DNA of 64,000 bases, taken from positions 1,117 to 65,116 of the forward strand of contig CAYNJY010000004.1 in NCBI GenBank assembly GCA_964397755.1. Reading direction: 5' to 3'. The first letter of the stretch is position 1. Each line of letters starts with the position of its first letter. Made by a program: the position numbers and the translations under genes. Shown here in pieces: positions 45,498 through 55,322 of this stretch. The notes under the pieces were generated by a model. It ran no database searches. It was not told the DNA's origin and saw only the letters and a program-made list of their open reading frames with translations. The DNA comes from an uncultured Gammaproteobacteria bacterium. GTDB lineage: Bacteria > Patescibacteriota > Microgenomatia > UBA10105 > UBA927.

Positions 45498-46301
45498 TCA
45501 CCGCCCTATAAAATATTTCGCCACTTTCCGGGTGTGCTTGAGGACATGAGGAAGGACTTTTGGTGCGCAGGCAATATGGCCGGATTCGGTAAAGAGCGGA
45601 TAGTCGCGACCAAGGAAGTCCGTCACGACTCCACCCGCCTCTCTTATGATATGGATTCCTGCGGCAAAATCCCAAACTGAGGGATAGATCGCAAGCATCC
45701 CTTGAAAATTCCCTTTTGCAACCTGGCCGAGCATGTACGCTTCACCGGCGGACATATGAAGGAATCTCACTTCGAGCGAGAGAGGCGGCGCGAGCTTAAA
45801 CATGGCAAGTTTGCGCTTGCGGATGCTCTGATCAAAGCCGATGATGCTCTTTTCCCACGGCAAATCTTTAACACGGATTGGTTTTTTGCCGGCAAACGCG
45901 CCTTTGCCCTTTTCCGCCCAGAGGATTTCTTTTGTGTCAGCCATGTATAAAGCACCGGAAACTACCTCGCCGTCTACAGCGTACGCGACCGAGACGGTAT
46001 AAAACGGCAGGCCGGCAGCAAAGGAGATCGTGCCATCAATCGGATCGACGATCCAGAGGCGCGCATGTTTCTTGGGGTCGATTGTGGGGCTGGTTTCTTC
46101 CGAGAGGATAGCGTCGGCGGGGAAGGAGCGGTGGATGATCTGGATAATGAGTTTTTCTGATCGGATGTCTACTTCGGTAACGATGTCAGGGTGGACACCC
46201 TCCTCCTTCACCGTTTCCCTGTGGGGTCGGCGGATTGCCGAAGCGAGGTATTTCCCTGTCTGACTGGCTGCTTCAGTCGCCACCTGCGTTGGTTTGAGCA
46301 T
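45498..46301 (-). CDS. inositol monophosphatase family protein
   Basis: Start at ATG 46301. It has the WIVDPIDGT metal-binding motif and an IMPase-family C-terminal region. Confidence 0.75.
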   Translation of the reverse strand: MLKPTQVATEAASQTGKYLASAIRRPHRETVKEEGVHPDIVTEVDIRSEKLIIQIIHRSFPADAILSEETSPTIDPKKHARLWIVDPIDGTISFAAGLPFYTVSVAYAVDGEVVSGALYMADTKEILWAEKGKGAFAGKKPIRVKDLPWEKSIIGFDQSIRKRKLAMFKLAPPLSLEVRFLHMSAGEAYMLGQVAKGNFQGMLAIYPSVWDFAAGIHIIREAGGVVTDFLGRDYPLFTESGHIACAPKVLPHVLKHTRKVAKYFIGR

Positions 46302-46373
46302 AAGGGATTCCTCAATACTACCAAAATTCCCTCTGTCTTGTTGCACTCGTCCTTTTTTGTGTATACTAAGGCC

Positions 46374-46511
46374 ATGCCCAAACGCACGTATCAGCCCCAA
46401 AAGTTAAAGCGCCAAAGGAAACACGGTTTTCGTGCCCGCATGAGTACCAGAAACGGCCGCAAGGTGCTTAAGCGCCGAAGATTTAGCGGTCGTCAGCGGC
46501 TGACTGTTTAG
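46374..46511 (+). CDS. rpmH: 50S ribosomal protein L34
   Basis: [45 protein letters not shown]. The start is inside a longer ORF in the track. Confidence 0.9.
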   Translation: MPKRTYQPQKLKRQRKHGFRARMSTRNGRKVLKRRRFSGRQRLTV

Positions 46512-46514
46512 TTC

Positions 46515-46871
46515 ATGCTCCCCAAGCCCTACCGACTTCCGGCTCCTGGTATAAGAAATGTTTTACTTAGCACGCTTCGTGTCGCGGATAGAACCACGCA
46601 GTTGATTTATGTGCGCAACAGCCGTGCCGTTTCCCGCTTTGCGATCATTGCTTCAGCGAAAGCAGACAAACGAGCCGCTGGCCGCAACCGCATCAAGCGT
46701 CTTGTTCGCGAATCCATACGGCTGCTTCTCCCTCGCCTAACGCCCGGGTGGGATACGGTCATTGTGGCGAGACAGCCGTTCGGCGATGTGAGTCAACCGC
46801 ACGTGCAAAGAAACCTCGAAGAACTCCTTCGCCGTGCGCACCTTTTTCACAATGGAACAAGGGAACAATGA
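46515..46871 (+). CDS. rnpA: ribonuclease P protein component
   Basis: 118 aa basic protein in the rpmH-rnpA position. Its C-terminal residues are encoded by a CAATG-type repeat. Confidence 0.85.
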   Translation: MLPKPYRLPAPGIRNVLLSTLRVADRTTQLIYVRNSRAVSRFAIIASAKADKRAAGRNRIKRLVRESIRLLLPRLTPGWDTVIVARQPFGDVSQPHVQRNLEELLRRAHLFHNGTREQ

Positions 46872-47110
46872 AACACTTCATCCTTGCCGCTATCCGCTTC
46901 TACCAGCGCCACCTCTCGTTTGAAAGCGGGATCCTGAAGTTCCTATTCCTCACGGACCGCGCGTGCCGGTATTCGCCAACATGCAGCGAGTATATGTATC
47001 AGGCGGTCAGCCGCTATGGTATAATGACCGGATTGTGGCTGGGGACCAAGCGTGTTCTCCGCTGTCACCCATGGGCGGCTGGCGGCCATGACCCCGTGCC
47101 AGCGAGGTAA
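46868..47110 (+). CDS. yidD: membrane protein insertion efficiency factor
   Basis: Start at ATG 46868 (MKHFILAAIRFYQRHLS). Conserved CRYSPTCSEY and RCHPW motifs. Confidence 0.85.
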   Translation: MKHFILAAIRFYQRHLSFESGILKFLFLTDRACRYSPTCSEYMYQAVSRYGIMTGLWLGTKRVLRCHPWAAGGHDPVPAR

Positions 47111-47113
47111 ACC

Positions 47114-47866
47114 ATGCAGCAACTCTTTTTCCAATTTATCCTCATGATCTACCACACGGTCGCGTTCCAAAACCTGGGCACTACCATTATTGTCCTTGCG
47201 GCGCTTTCGCGGATACTTCTCTACCCGGTCATCAAGCAGCAACTGGCCTTGAGTAAAAAGATGGCCGACATTAAACCCCACCTCGACGCAGTGAAAGAGA
47301 GACACAAAGGAGACAAAGCGAAGCTCCAACGGGCGCAGATGGAGCTTTTTAAACAGCACGGCGTCAACCCGGCCGCGGGGTGTCTGCCGAGCATCGTTCA
47401 GATTGTGGTGCTCTTTGGTCTTCTTGGCGCGATCAATCAGATTCTTACGAAAGGGGTAAACATCAACACGGTTTTCTGGGTGTGGGACATGGCGAAACCC
47501 GATGCGATACGGATTGCCGGCTCTCCGATACTGCTTCCGGGGGTTCTCGTTATGCTAGCGGCCGCGACGCAGTATATCCAGATGAAAATGATGATGCCTA
47601 CCGCCCCGAAAGTTCGAAAAGAAGACAAGCCGGCCGAGAGAAAAGAAAAAAAAGACTTCCAGGAAAGTTTTGCCGACGCGCAAAGTTCAACGATGTGGAT
47701 GTTTCCGCTCATGTTTCTGCTCTTTGGTACGCAGTGGCCGTCGGGGCTTGCGCTCTACTGGTCGGTCAGCAGTGTCCTTGCCATAGTTCAGCAGTACCAG
47801 GTTTCTGGACCCGGCGGGCTGGAGCCCGTAGTGCACTTCTTGAAAAACAAGAAGGCGGACGTATAA
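47114..47866 (+). CDS. yidC: membrane protein insertase YidC (short form)
   Basis: 250 aa. It has the conserved GCLP motif and a 5-TM core. Confidence 0.85.
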   Translation: MQQLFFQFILMIYHTVAFQNLGTTIIVLAALSRILLYPVIKQQLALSKKMADIKPHLDAVKERHKGDKAKLQRAQMELFKQHGVNPAAGCLPSIVQIVVLFGLLGAINQILTKGVNINTVFWVWDMAKPDAIRIAGSPILLPGVLVMLAAATQYIQMKMMMPTAPKVRKEDKPAERKEKKDFQESFADAQSSTMWMFPLMFLLFGTQWPSGLALYWSVSSVLAIVQQYQVSGPGGLEPVVHFLKNKKADV

Positions 47867-48336
47867 TGTGGACTAATTCTATGGAAGCGGCGGAGACAGC
47901 AAAGAGTTTAACCCAGGACCTTCTCGCCCGACTGGCTATCGACGCGAGCGTCGATAGCACGATGGACGAAACCGGCGCACTGCGTGTCCACATTGAGACA
48001 GAAGAAACAGGTCTTCTTATCGGCACCCACGGCAGGACCCTTGAGAGTTTTCAGATTCTCCTCGCCATCATGGTGTCGAAAGAGATCGGGAGTTGGGTGA
48101 AGGTCTATGTCAACGTCGGTGATTACCGCGAGAAGCGAGAAGAGGCGCTCATGCACGTGGCCCAGCGAGCTGCCGAGCGCGCGCTTGCGCTCGGCAGACC
48201 CGTTGAGCTGACCCGCCTCTCCCCGTCCGAGCGGCGCGTCATCCACCTCACGCTTTCCGGCGATGACCGGGTAGCGACAGAGTCAGTTGGTGAAGGCGAC
48301 GGACGCGTCCTCATCGTCAAGCCGAAGGCGCTATAA
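47866..48336 (+). CDS. Jag/KhpB-like RNA-binding protein (KH and R3H domains)
   Basis: Start ATG 47866 overlaps the yidC stop (TAATG). LLIGTHGRTLESFQ KH-like segment and a C-terminal R3H segment (RLSPSERRVIHLTL). Confidence 0.75.
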   Translation: MWTNSMEAAETAKSLTQDLLARLAIDASVDSTMDETGALRVHIETEETGLLIGTHGRTLESFQILLAIMVSKEIGSWVKVYVNVGDYREKREEALMHVAQRAAERALALGRPVELTRLSPSERRVIHLTLSGDDRVATESVGEGDGRVLIVKPKAL

Positions 48337-48344
48337 TAGCGCTA

Positions 48345-49691
48345 GTGATGTACCACCGTTTCTTTTTTGCGTTACTCCTAATTTTTCTGCCGACCCAACT
48401 GGGTCTTCACTTCTGGCCCGACTGGGCGATGGTATTGGGGAGAAGAGTGGACTACCTCGCGCCCACAATATTTTTGACTGACCTTCTTGTTTTTTTGACC
48501 GTCGGATGTTGGTTGGCATCGAGGGTTGTCCAGTGGGTGCGAGGAAATCCCAAATCCCAAATCCCAATTTCCAAACAAATCCTAAAGATCAAAAGTCAAA
48601 TGTTTCAAACAAAACGCCTGTGGTTGGTGGGAGTGACAGCATCGGTAGTTATGAATGTGTTTATTGCAACAAATCCGCCGGTTGCGATGTATACATTGGT
48701 GAAAGTTTCGGAGCTTCTGATGGTTGGGTGGTATATTGTGAAGACGAAGCCGAACTTTTCGCTTGTCGCTTTTTGCTTATCGCTCGGGGTTTTGTATTCA
48801 TCGCTTCTTGCCATTGCGCAGTTTGCGCTGCAGCATTCCGTCGGCGGGGCATTCTGGTTTTTGGGTGAGCGGACGTTTTCGGCGGATACTCCGGGCATTG
48901 CGCACATTCCCCTTTCTTGGTCATTGAGGCCCTACGCCACCTTCCCTCACCCGAATGTGCTCGGCGGATATCTCGCGGCAACACTGCCGCTCATAACCGC
49001 TCAATTGTTGCACTGTCACATTGCCACAGTGTCAAAAAATAGGAAAGAAAAAAATCCTAGGTGGCAGAAAATCTACTACGGCTTAGTTGTGCTTTTCGGA
49101 ATGGCAGCGCTCATGTTGTCTTTTAGTCGGAGTGCGATCGTGGTTGGAGCACTCGCAACCGTGGCAACGGTTGCGAATTTCAAATTTCAAATTTCAAATT
49201 TCAAATTGTTGCCAACTATTTTTCTTGTGGGTTTTTTTGCCGCCCTCCTTATCACCTATCACCTATCACGTATCACTCCCAACGAAGAATCTGTTGTGGT
49301 TCGTCAACAGCTCAACGCAGCTGCCATAAAACTTTGGTCTAGCTCCCCCCTTTTTGGCGTCGGGCTAGGAAACTTCTTGGTGCGGTTGCCGGACGTTCTC
49401 CCATCTCGCGAGGTGTACTTTCTTCAGCCCGTGCACAATATCTACCTCCTGGTTCTATCGGAAACAGGGAGTGTGGGTTTAGCGCTTTTTTTTCTGTTAG
49501 TCTGGCGTAGCACGAGGAAATCTGTTCATTCTCCTTGTATCACTTTTCTTCTCCTCGGTCTCGTCGACCACTACCCGCTCACCCTCCAGCAGGGACAGCT
49601 GCTGTTCACCGTTCTCCTTGCCCTCTCGTATACCCCTCGTTCTTCTCTGCCCCCTAGTCTCAAACTCTCTCATGCTACAATGACGCCATGA
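48345..49691 (+). CDS. O-antigen ligase-like (Wzy_C/WaaL family) membrane protein
   Basis: 448 aa polytopic protein with the ligase-domain pattern (LSFSRSAIVVG ... FGVGLGNF). It carries two in-frame oligo-repeat insertions (PKSQIPISKQILKIKSQ and ANFKFQISNFKLL). Confidence 0.65.
   Translation: MMYHRFFFALLLIFLPTQLGLHFWPDWAMVLGRRVDYLAPTIFLTDLLVFLTVGCWLASRVVQWVRGNPKSQIPISKQILKIKSQMFQTKRLWLVGVTASVVMNVFIATNPPVAMYTLVKVSELLMVGWYIVKTKPNFSLVAFCLSLGVLYSSLLAIAQFALQHSVGGAFWFLGERTFSADTPGIAHIPLSWSLRPYATFPHPNVLGGYLAATLPLITAQLLHCHIATVSKNRKEKNPRWQKIYYGLVVLFGMAALMLSFSRSAIVVGALATVATVANFKFQISNFKLLPTIFLVGFFAALLITYHLSRITPNEESVVVRQQLNAAAIKLWSSSPLFGVGLGNFLVRLPDVLPSREVYFLQPVHNIYLLVLSETGSVGLALFFLLVWRSTRKSVHSPCITFLLLGLVDHYPLTLQQGQLLFTVLLALSYTPRSSLPPSLKLSHATMTP
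48537..48600. repeat. composite oligomer tandem repeat (CCCAAAT units then TCAAAAG/TCAAATG units) inside the ligase-like gene
   Basis: cccaaatcccaaatcccaatttccaaacaaatcctaaagatcaaaagtcaaatg. Confidence 0.8.
49165..49205. repeat. heptamer tandem repeat (AATTTCA)x4-5 inside the ligase-like gene
   Basis: gcgaatttcaaatttcaaatttcaaatttcaaattg. The unit and coding orientation are identical to the uppS repeat and encode NFKFQISNFKL in both proteins. Confidence 0.85.
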
Positions 49692-50944
49692 TGGTAGAAA
49701 CGATCCTTGGAAGCCCCATTCGCCGTCTCATCGTACGCAACACAATTGCCCAGCTTGGCACAAAACTCGTCAGCGCCGGGGCAGTATTTTTTATCAGCAT
49801 ACTTGTTGCCAGCCGCGCCGGCGCCTCGGGCTACGGAGATTTCACAAAAATTACGACCTACGCGTCGTTCTTTTTTTTGGCAGCAGATTTTGGTCTCAAT
49901 GCGGTGATGCTTCAGAAAAAAGATACTCGGGCGTGGTGGCAGACTCTTTTTACGGTCCGCACAGCGGGCAGCGTGTTTCTTGTTGGCGGTGCCATTCTCC
50001 TTCTCGGACTTTTTCCCAGAGGGACAACCGATGGCTATACTCCCCTTGTTCGGACAGGTATTGCCCTTTTCGCCCCGACGATTTTTTTCCAGTCCCTTCT
50101 CACTACCGCAAACGCGGCGTTTCAACGAGAGCTTCGCTACGACTACGCAACAGCCGCCGTGAGTGTCGGCGCTGTTGTCTCGATACTTCTTGCGTTCTTT
50201 CTCATGAGACAGACAGCCGTACCGGCCGCTTTTGCCGGAAGCCTCTCGATCCTCGCGGGAAGTTTTGTTATGGCAACTGTCAGTATCGCCATCGCGCGGA
50301 GGCTTGTCGGAACACTGCGGTTTTCTTGGAACTGGCGGCAGATGCGCGAGCTCATTGCCTCTTCGACGCCTCTTGGAATCACGCTCCTTTTTACGATTGT
50401 TCTCTCTCATGCAGATAGCGTCATTCTGACCTTGTTTCGCGCGACAAACGAGGTCGGCATCTACGGGCTTGCGTACAAAGTATTTGAGGTGCCGCTCGTG
50501 ATCCCGACGTTTGTCATGAACGCCACGTATCCGCTCCTTCTCAAAGCGCGGAGCGACCGTCGCCGGATGCTAAGAATTTTGCGTCAAACGGCTCTTTTTT
50601 TGGGCGCAGGGTCCGTTCTTGCCGCCGTCGCTACGTGGTTTGGTGCTCCCCTTTTGCCGCTCATCCGCGGAGATTTTTCTGCGAGTATTCGTCCCCTTCG
50701 GATTCTCTCGCTGTCTTTTCCTCTCTTTTTTATCTCGGCTGTCGCGATGTGGGGGGTTATTGCTCTTCAAAAGCAGGCAGCACTCCTCTGGATTTACGGC
50801 GCGGCGATGGCGGCGAACGTCGTTCTCAATCTTCTCTTCGTTTCGAAGTTTGGATACCTCGCTTCAGCGTGGATTACTCTTGTAACAGAGGCCATTGTGC
50901 TGGTTGCGCTGCTGGGGCGTCTTTTAAAAACAAAACAAACATGA
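49688..50944 (+). CDS. polysaccharide biosynthesis flippase-like transporter (MOP/Wzx family)
   Basis: 418 aa with 12-14 TM helices. It overlaps its neighbours by 4 nt on both sides. Confidence 0.7.
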   Translation: MMVETILGSPIRRLIVRNTIAQLGTKLVSAGAVFFISILVASRAGASGYGDFTKITTYASFFFLAADFGLNAVMLQKKDTRAWWQTLFTVRTAGSVFLVGGAILLLGLFPRGTTDGYTPLVRTGIALFAPTIFFQSLLTTANAAFQRELRYDYATAAVSVGAVVSILLAFFLMRQTAVPAAFAGSLSILAGSFVMATVSIAIARRLVGTLRFSWNWRQMRELIASSTPLGITLLFTIVLSHADSVILTLFRATNEVGIYGLAYKVFEVPLVIPTFVMNATYPLLLKARSDRRRMLRILRQTALFLGAGSVLAAVATWFGAPLLPLIRGDFSASIRPLRILSLSFPLFFISAVAMWGVIALQKQAALLWIYGAAMAANVVLNLLFVSKFGYLASAWITLVTEAIVLVALLGRLLKTKQT

Positions 50945-51369
50945 ACATTGTGGTTCATACCGATGGTGGCGCTCGGGGAAACCCCGGCCCTGCCGCAGTC
51001 GGCGTGGTCATAGAACTATCACATACGGTCATTGAATTTGGGAAAAGGATCGGGGAGGCGACGAACAATGTCGCCGAGTATACCGCGGTGATTGAGGCCT
51101 TACGACACATCAAAGATGAAAGACCACGTAGTGATTTAAACCCGAAAGAAAAAATCGAGATTGATTTTTATGTAGACTCCAACCTCGTGGTGCAACAACT
51201 CAATGGGCGATTTAAGGTAAAGGACCCAACACTGCGGGAGCTTTTAGTAAAGGTTCGTTTGCTTGAGGCGGAGATAGGGGGAGAGGTGCGATACGCTGTC
51301 GTCTCCCGAGAGGAAAATAGCCGCGCGGACTTCCTCGTTAACCAAGCCCTCGACGACAAAAGTTACTAG
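50941..51369 (+). CDS. rnhA: ribonuclease HI
   Basis: Start at ATG 50941 (MNIVVHTDGGARGNPGPAAVG). It carries the RNase H active-site pattern. Confidence 0.85.
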   Translation: MNIVVHTDGGARGNPGPAAVGVVIELSHTVIEFGKRIGEATNNVAEYTAVIEALRHIKDERPRSDLNPKEKIEIDFYVDSNLVVQQLNGRFKVKDPTLRELLVKVRLLEAEIGGEVRYAVVSREENSRADFLVNQALDDKSY

Positions 51370-51512
51370 TTTTTTGGTTACATAGTTACGTACCAGGCGG
51401 TCATTCACCGGCTCACGAGGCGTGTTAGGGGAAGCGCGAGGTGTAATAATCAAAAATCCGTTGTTTTCGGCCAGCCTTTCTGCCATAATACAATCACGCA
51501 AACGCCGCGTTT

Positions 51513-54011
51513 GTGCGACGAGACATCCTCTGTATGTCGCCTGCTGAACACCAACTTGTCCGCGACACATCTGAAGACTTTCCGGTGGTACTTCTTGAGG
51601 CAGAGGACGAAACGGAGACGCATATCCTTCGGGAATTTCTTTCGGCTCACGGGTGTGAGGTGGTTACGCGCGCCGTCGACAAAAAACCAGTCAGGTATCA
51701 TATCGTCTGCGGTACGTATCACTTCGTGAATAAAATTTTTTCTGCCACCTCCGCCTCTTCAGAAAAAGAATTTGCAATTATCTACGGGGGGGCGCCGGAA
51801 GACGGGTATCTCTTTCCTGACCGCAAAACAAAAATAGTATTGATTGATCCACAACCACTTACGCCGGGTCTCGCCAGAGATATTTTTGAGTTTTTCTTTA
51901 CCGGAAAAGGAAAAATTCATAACTCCCGAAAACATCACACGTTTGACATGAAGCAGTTTAGACAGCCAGAACAGGCAAAACGTGAGGAGGAGACCCCCGA
52001 TGAAACTCGCGTCGAACTCCTCCTCAACGAACTATACAACAAGAAAAAAAAACAGGCACCTCTCCCCTTTTTAAAACCGAACCTCCGCGTCCTTGCGGTT
52101 GGACTTGCGATTTTTCTTCCGCTCTTGTACCTCGGTCTCTTGGGTATCGGGATTGGCTCGTACGCCGCGAGCGCTCGCCTTCTTGTGTCTGGGAAAGTGC
52201 GGCTGGGAGCGACCTTTCTCGCAATGGGTAACGGGGGAGTTGCCGGAGCGCGGTGGCTTCTTGGCGCAGCATCCTTCGTATCCCCCCCGAGCTTCTTCGA
52301 CGGGTTTGTGAAGAATCAAGAGAGGGTGCTTGTTTTTCTTCGCCGTATCGGCGAGACAGAGAACCGCGCGATTGCGCTCTTTTCACTGTCGCAAGAGGGG
52401 CTTGCGGGCTTCGTCTCTCCGAAGCAAACGACGACCAACCCCGTACCGACGGTTGCCCGGATGAACGCTCTCCGGTCGGAAGTTGACGCGATGTATACAG
52501 AGCTTTCTCTCCTCCAGGGAGACCTTGACGGCCTACTTAGAGATCGACCATTTCCGATTTCCATAGGCCCACTAGGCAAGGCGCTTGTTGATTTCAAACG
52601 CCAGGCCTCAATTGTGCGCCAGGGAGTAGAGACCGCGAATCACCTCCTTGGGTTGTATCCGCATGTTGCTGGGGTGCGTGAGGGTCAGGAGTACCTTGTA
52701 CTTTTTCAAAACAGCATGGAGCTCCGGCCCACCGGTGGATTTATCGGCAGCCTCATGGCGGTGCGTTTGGTGGATGGGGTTATCGGTGAAATGAAGATAG
52801 AGGATGTCTACGTCGTTGACGGACAGCTTCGGGGGCACGTTGACCCGCCGCAAGCGATCCGAGAACTCTTGGGTCAAGAACATTGGTATCTCAGGGATAG
52901 CAACTGGGACCCAGACTTTTCGGAAAGCGGGAGAATGGCTGCATGGTTTTACAAAAAAGAGACAGATCGCGACACGAGCGGCGTCATCGGTATAAGCCTG
53001 CCGCTCATCCTGCGCCTTCTTCGGTTTACCGGACCGATCGAACTCGTTGACTACGGTGATCGAATTTCAGCAGACAATTTTTTTGCAAAGTCAGTCGTGT
53101 ATACCAACAAGGATTTTTTTCCTGGGTCGACGCAAAAGAAAGATTTTTTAGGAAGTTTAGCAACCGCGCTCCTCGATCGCATCACTCATTTGAAGGAAGA
53201 CGAGTCAATTCAGCTCTTACGGGAGCTCATGAGTGGACTTGCGTCTCGGGATATCCAGTTGTATTTCCAAGACCAAAATCTCCAAGCGCTCGTTACTCGC
53301 TACGGGTGGTCGGGGAGTCTGCCGACTGCTGAGACGGTATGTCAGGGTGACGGTGCGCGGTGCTATCCAGATTTCGTTTCTGTCGTTGAGGCGAATCTGG
53401 GCGTCAATAAAGCAAACTATTTTGTATCGAGAAACGTTCTCGATACGGTTTCTATCTCTGCCGCCGGCGATGTTTCACGTCAGCTCGTCCTGTCATACAA
53501 GAATGATGCGGCCGTAGACGCAGGCATTACCGGAGGTTTGTACAAAGTATACACACGAGTCTATTTGCCGAACGACGCGAGAAGGATTCAGGTACAGGTC
53601 GATAACTTCACTCTTCCCTTTCGAGACACGCGAAAAAAGGAACCATCACCCTTGCCATACGCTGAGCTTTCGGCTGTCAGCGGAGAGTCTGTTGCTGTCG
53701 GCGTTGCATTCGAGGTCCAGCCGCAGGCGGAGCGCGCCATTGACGTCACGTACGAACGGGGCCGCCCCTTGTTCTCCGAGGAGCGCGATTCGACGTACCG
53801 CCTTTTTATAAGGAGACAAGCCGGATTTATGAACACATCATGGAGAACGGTCCTTCGCTACCCGATATTTTGGAAGGTGGAGTCGTTGGGAGGAAGCGCA
53901 GGAGGGGCCATACACGAACAGAACGCGTTCCTTGCAAAAGACGCGCAACGCACGTACAATACAACTCTTGAGCGCGACGCAACAATCGCGCTTACATTTG
54001 TTAAGCCATGA
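51513..54011 (+). CDS. DUF4012-like large membrane-anchored protein
   Basis: 832 aa. A TM helix at about residue 190, then the characteristic LVLFQNSMELRPTGGFIGS motif of the DUF4012 family. The start codon is uncertain. Confidence 0.5.
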   Translation: MRRDILCMSPAEHQLVRDTSEDFPVVLLEAEDETETHILREFLSAHGCEVVTRAVDKKPVRYHIVCGTYHFVNKIFSATSASSEKEFAIIYGGAPEDGYLFPDRKTKIVLIDPQPLTPGLARDIFEFFFTGKGKIHNSRKHHTFDMKQFRQPEQAKREEETPDETRVELLLNELYNKKKKQAPLPFLKPNLRVLAVGLAIFLPLLYLGLLGIGIGSYAASARLLVSGKVRLGATFLAMGNGGVAGARWLLGAASFVSPPSFFDGFVKNQERVLVFLRRIGETENRAIALFSLSQEGLAGFVSPKQTTTNPVPTVARMNALRSEVDAMYTELSLLQGDLDGLLRDRPFPISIGPLGKALVDFKRQASIVRQGVETANHLLGLYPHVAGVREGQEYLVLFQNSMELRPTGGFIGSLMAVRLVDGVIGEMKIEDVYVVDGQLRGHVDPPQAIRELLGQEHWYLRDSNWDPDFSESGRMAAWFYKKETDRDTSGVIGISLPLILRLLRFTGPIELVDYGDRISADNFFAKSVVYTNKDFFPGSTQKKDFLGSLATALLDRITHLKEDESIQLLRELMSGLASRDIQLYFQDQNLQALVTRYGWSGSLPTAETVCQGDGARCYPDFVSVVEANLGVNKANYFVSRNVLDTVSISAAGDVSRQLVLSYKNDAAVDAGITGGLYKVYTRVYLPNDARRIQVQVDNFTLPFRDTRKKEPSPLPYAELSAVSGESVAVGVAFEVQPQAERAIDVTYERGRPLFSEERDSTYRLFIRRQAGFMNTSWRTVLRYPIFWKVESLGGSAGGAIHEQNAFLAKDAQRTYNTTLERDATIALTFVKP

Positions 54012-54730
54012 AAAAACACACGCTCAAAGCAGAGAAACGCTCTGTCGTTGGTCGAAAAGTGAAACAGCTGCGCGCTGGTGGTCAGGTGCCGGCAACCGTT
54101 TACGGGAAGAAAGTATCCAGCACGTCAGTGTCGGTACAAGCCTCTGATTTTGCAAAAGTTTACGGCGAGGCAGGAGAAACTGGTTTGGTAGAGCTTTCCG
54201 TTGCCGGCGATGTCCGCCCGGTCCTTATCCACAGCGTGCAGAAACACCCAGTCCATGGGAACATCCTCCATGTAGAATTTTTTCAGGTTGACCTCAAAGA
54301 AAAGGTGCGCGCTAAAGTGCCGATAGAATTCATTGGTGAGTCTCCGGCTGTGGTTAATAAGCAGGGCGTCCTCTTGACCCTCCTCACAGAACTTGAGGTA
54401 GAAGCCTTCCCGACTGACCTCCCAGAAAAATTTTTTCTTGACGTATCAACACTTGCCGCCGTTAACCAAGAGTTCAAGGTGGCTGACGCGAAGGTACCAT
54501 CAGGAGTAACACTCGTGACCGACGTGAGCCTTCCCGTTGTGAAAGTTGGAGCGCTGGTCAGCAAAGAGGCGGAAGAACAGGCAGCGGTAGAAGCTGCTGC
54601 GGCGGCAGCAGCCACCCCGGCCGAGGGGGAGGTAGCTCCCGCAGGAGGAGAAGCGCCAGCAGAAGGAGCGAAGAATGAAGGAAAAGCAGAGGAAGCAAAG
54701 AAAGAAGAGCAGGAACAAAAACAAGGTTAA
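54008..54730 (+). CDS. rplY: 50S ribosomal protein L25 (general stress protein Ctc form)
   Basis: N-terminal L25 domain (VGRKVKQLRAGGQVPATVYG) and a C-terminal Ala/Glu-rich extension. Confidence 0.85.
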   Translation: MKKHTLKAEKRSVVGRKVKQLRAGGQVPATVYGKKVSSTSVSVQASDFAKVYGEAGETGLVELSVAGDVRPVLIHSVQKHPVHGNILHVEFFQVDLKEKVRAKVPIEFIGESPAVVNKQGVLLTLLTELEVEAFPTDLPEKFFLDVSTLAAVNQEFKVADAKVPSGVTLVTDVSLPVVKVGALVSKEAEEQAAVEAAAAAAATPAEGEVAPAGGEAPAEGAKNEGKAEEAKKEEQEQKQG

Positions 54731-55299
54731 AGAGAAAGCTCCTTAAGAAGCGACAGTGCGAGCGCATCATCCGACCCGAGTTGTACGGCTTGAGTAAGGT
54801 ACTGTCTTGCTTCGGATAGCTTCCCTAGCTGGTAGGCGGCAGCTCCTGCCCGAACGTAGCCAGGTACGTACGTTGGTTTCTCCCGAACGACAGACTCCCA
54901 GTATTCATACGCCTTGGCGATTTGGAGCGGCTCACGCTCCCATTGAGTAAGCAACTCAAATGGAGGAGCTGACGCGCCAAGGACAGGCTGATCAGTCAAT
55001 GACTCCACGCGCGACAAGCCCTCCTCTGCGAGGAGAAGTTCTCGCCTGGCAAGATAGAGAAGTCCTTTCTGAAAGAGGGTAGCGGCGTATTCGACGTGGG
55101 GCTCCCTCGCGTACGGTTCGCGAAGCACACCCATCCGTTTGGCCATGAACGGATCAACGGAGGAAGAGCGTACGCGGACGTTGATCGCGATGAGGAGCGC
55201 GAGGCAGAGCCAGAGGATAAGTCTTCCAAGGTTGGATACGCGCTTGTTTGAAAGGAGTGCGGAGAAAATTCGGGGATACTGCGGGAATTCTAGCTTCAT
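54727..55299 (-). CDS. TPR-repeat protein with N-terminal membrane anchor
   Basis: 190 aa. One TM helix then TPR-like helical repeats (AKAYEYWESVVREKP ... AAAYQLGKLSEARQYLTQAV). Confidence 0.5.
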   Translation of the reverse strand: MKLEFPQYPRIFSALLSNKRVSNLGRLILWLCLALLIAINVRVRSSSVDPFMAKRMGVLREPYAREPHVEYAATLFQKGLLYLARRELLLAEEGLSRVESLTDQPVLGASAPPFELLTQWEREPLQIAKAYEYWESVVREKPTYVPGYVRAGAAAYQLGKLSEARQYLTQAVQLGSDDALALSLLKELSL

Positions 55300-55322
55300 C
55301 CTATGATATAGTGTAGGAAGCT

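Noticed and set aside
49670-50410. 246-aa Lys/Arg-rich minus-strand ORF antisense to the flippase gene
   Set aside because: It mirrors the flippase codons, has no start context and no motif, so it is an antisense artefact.
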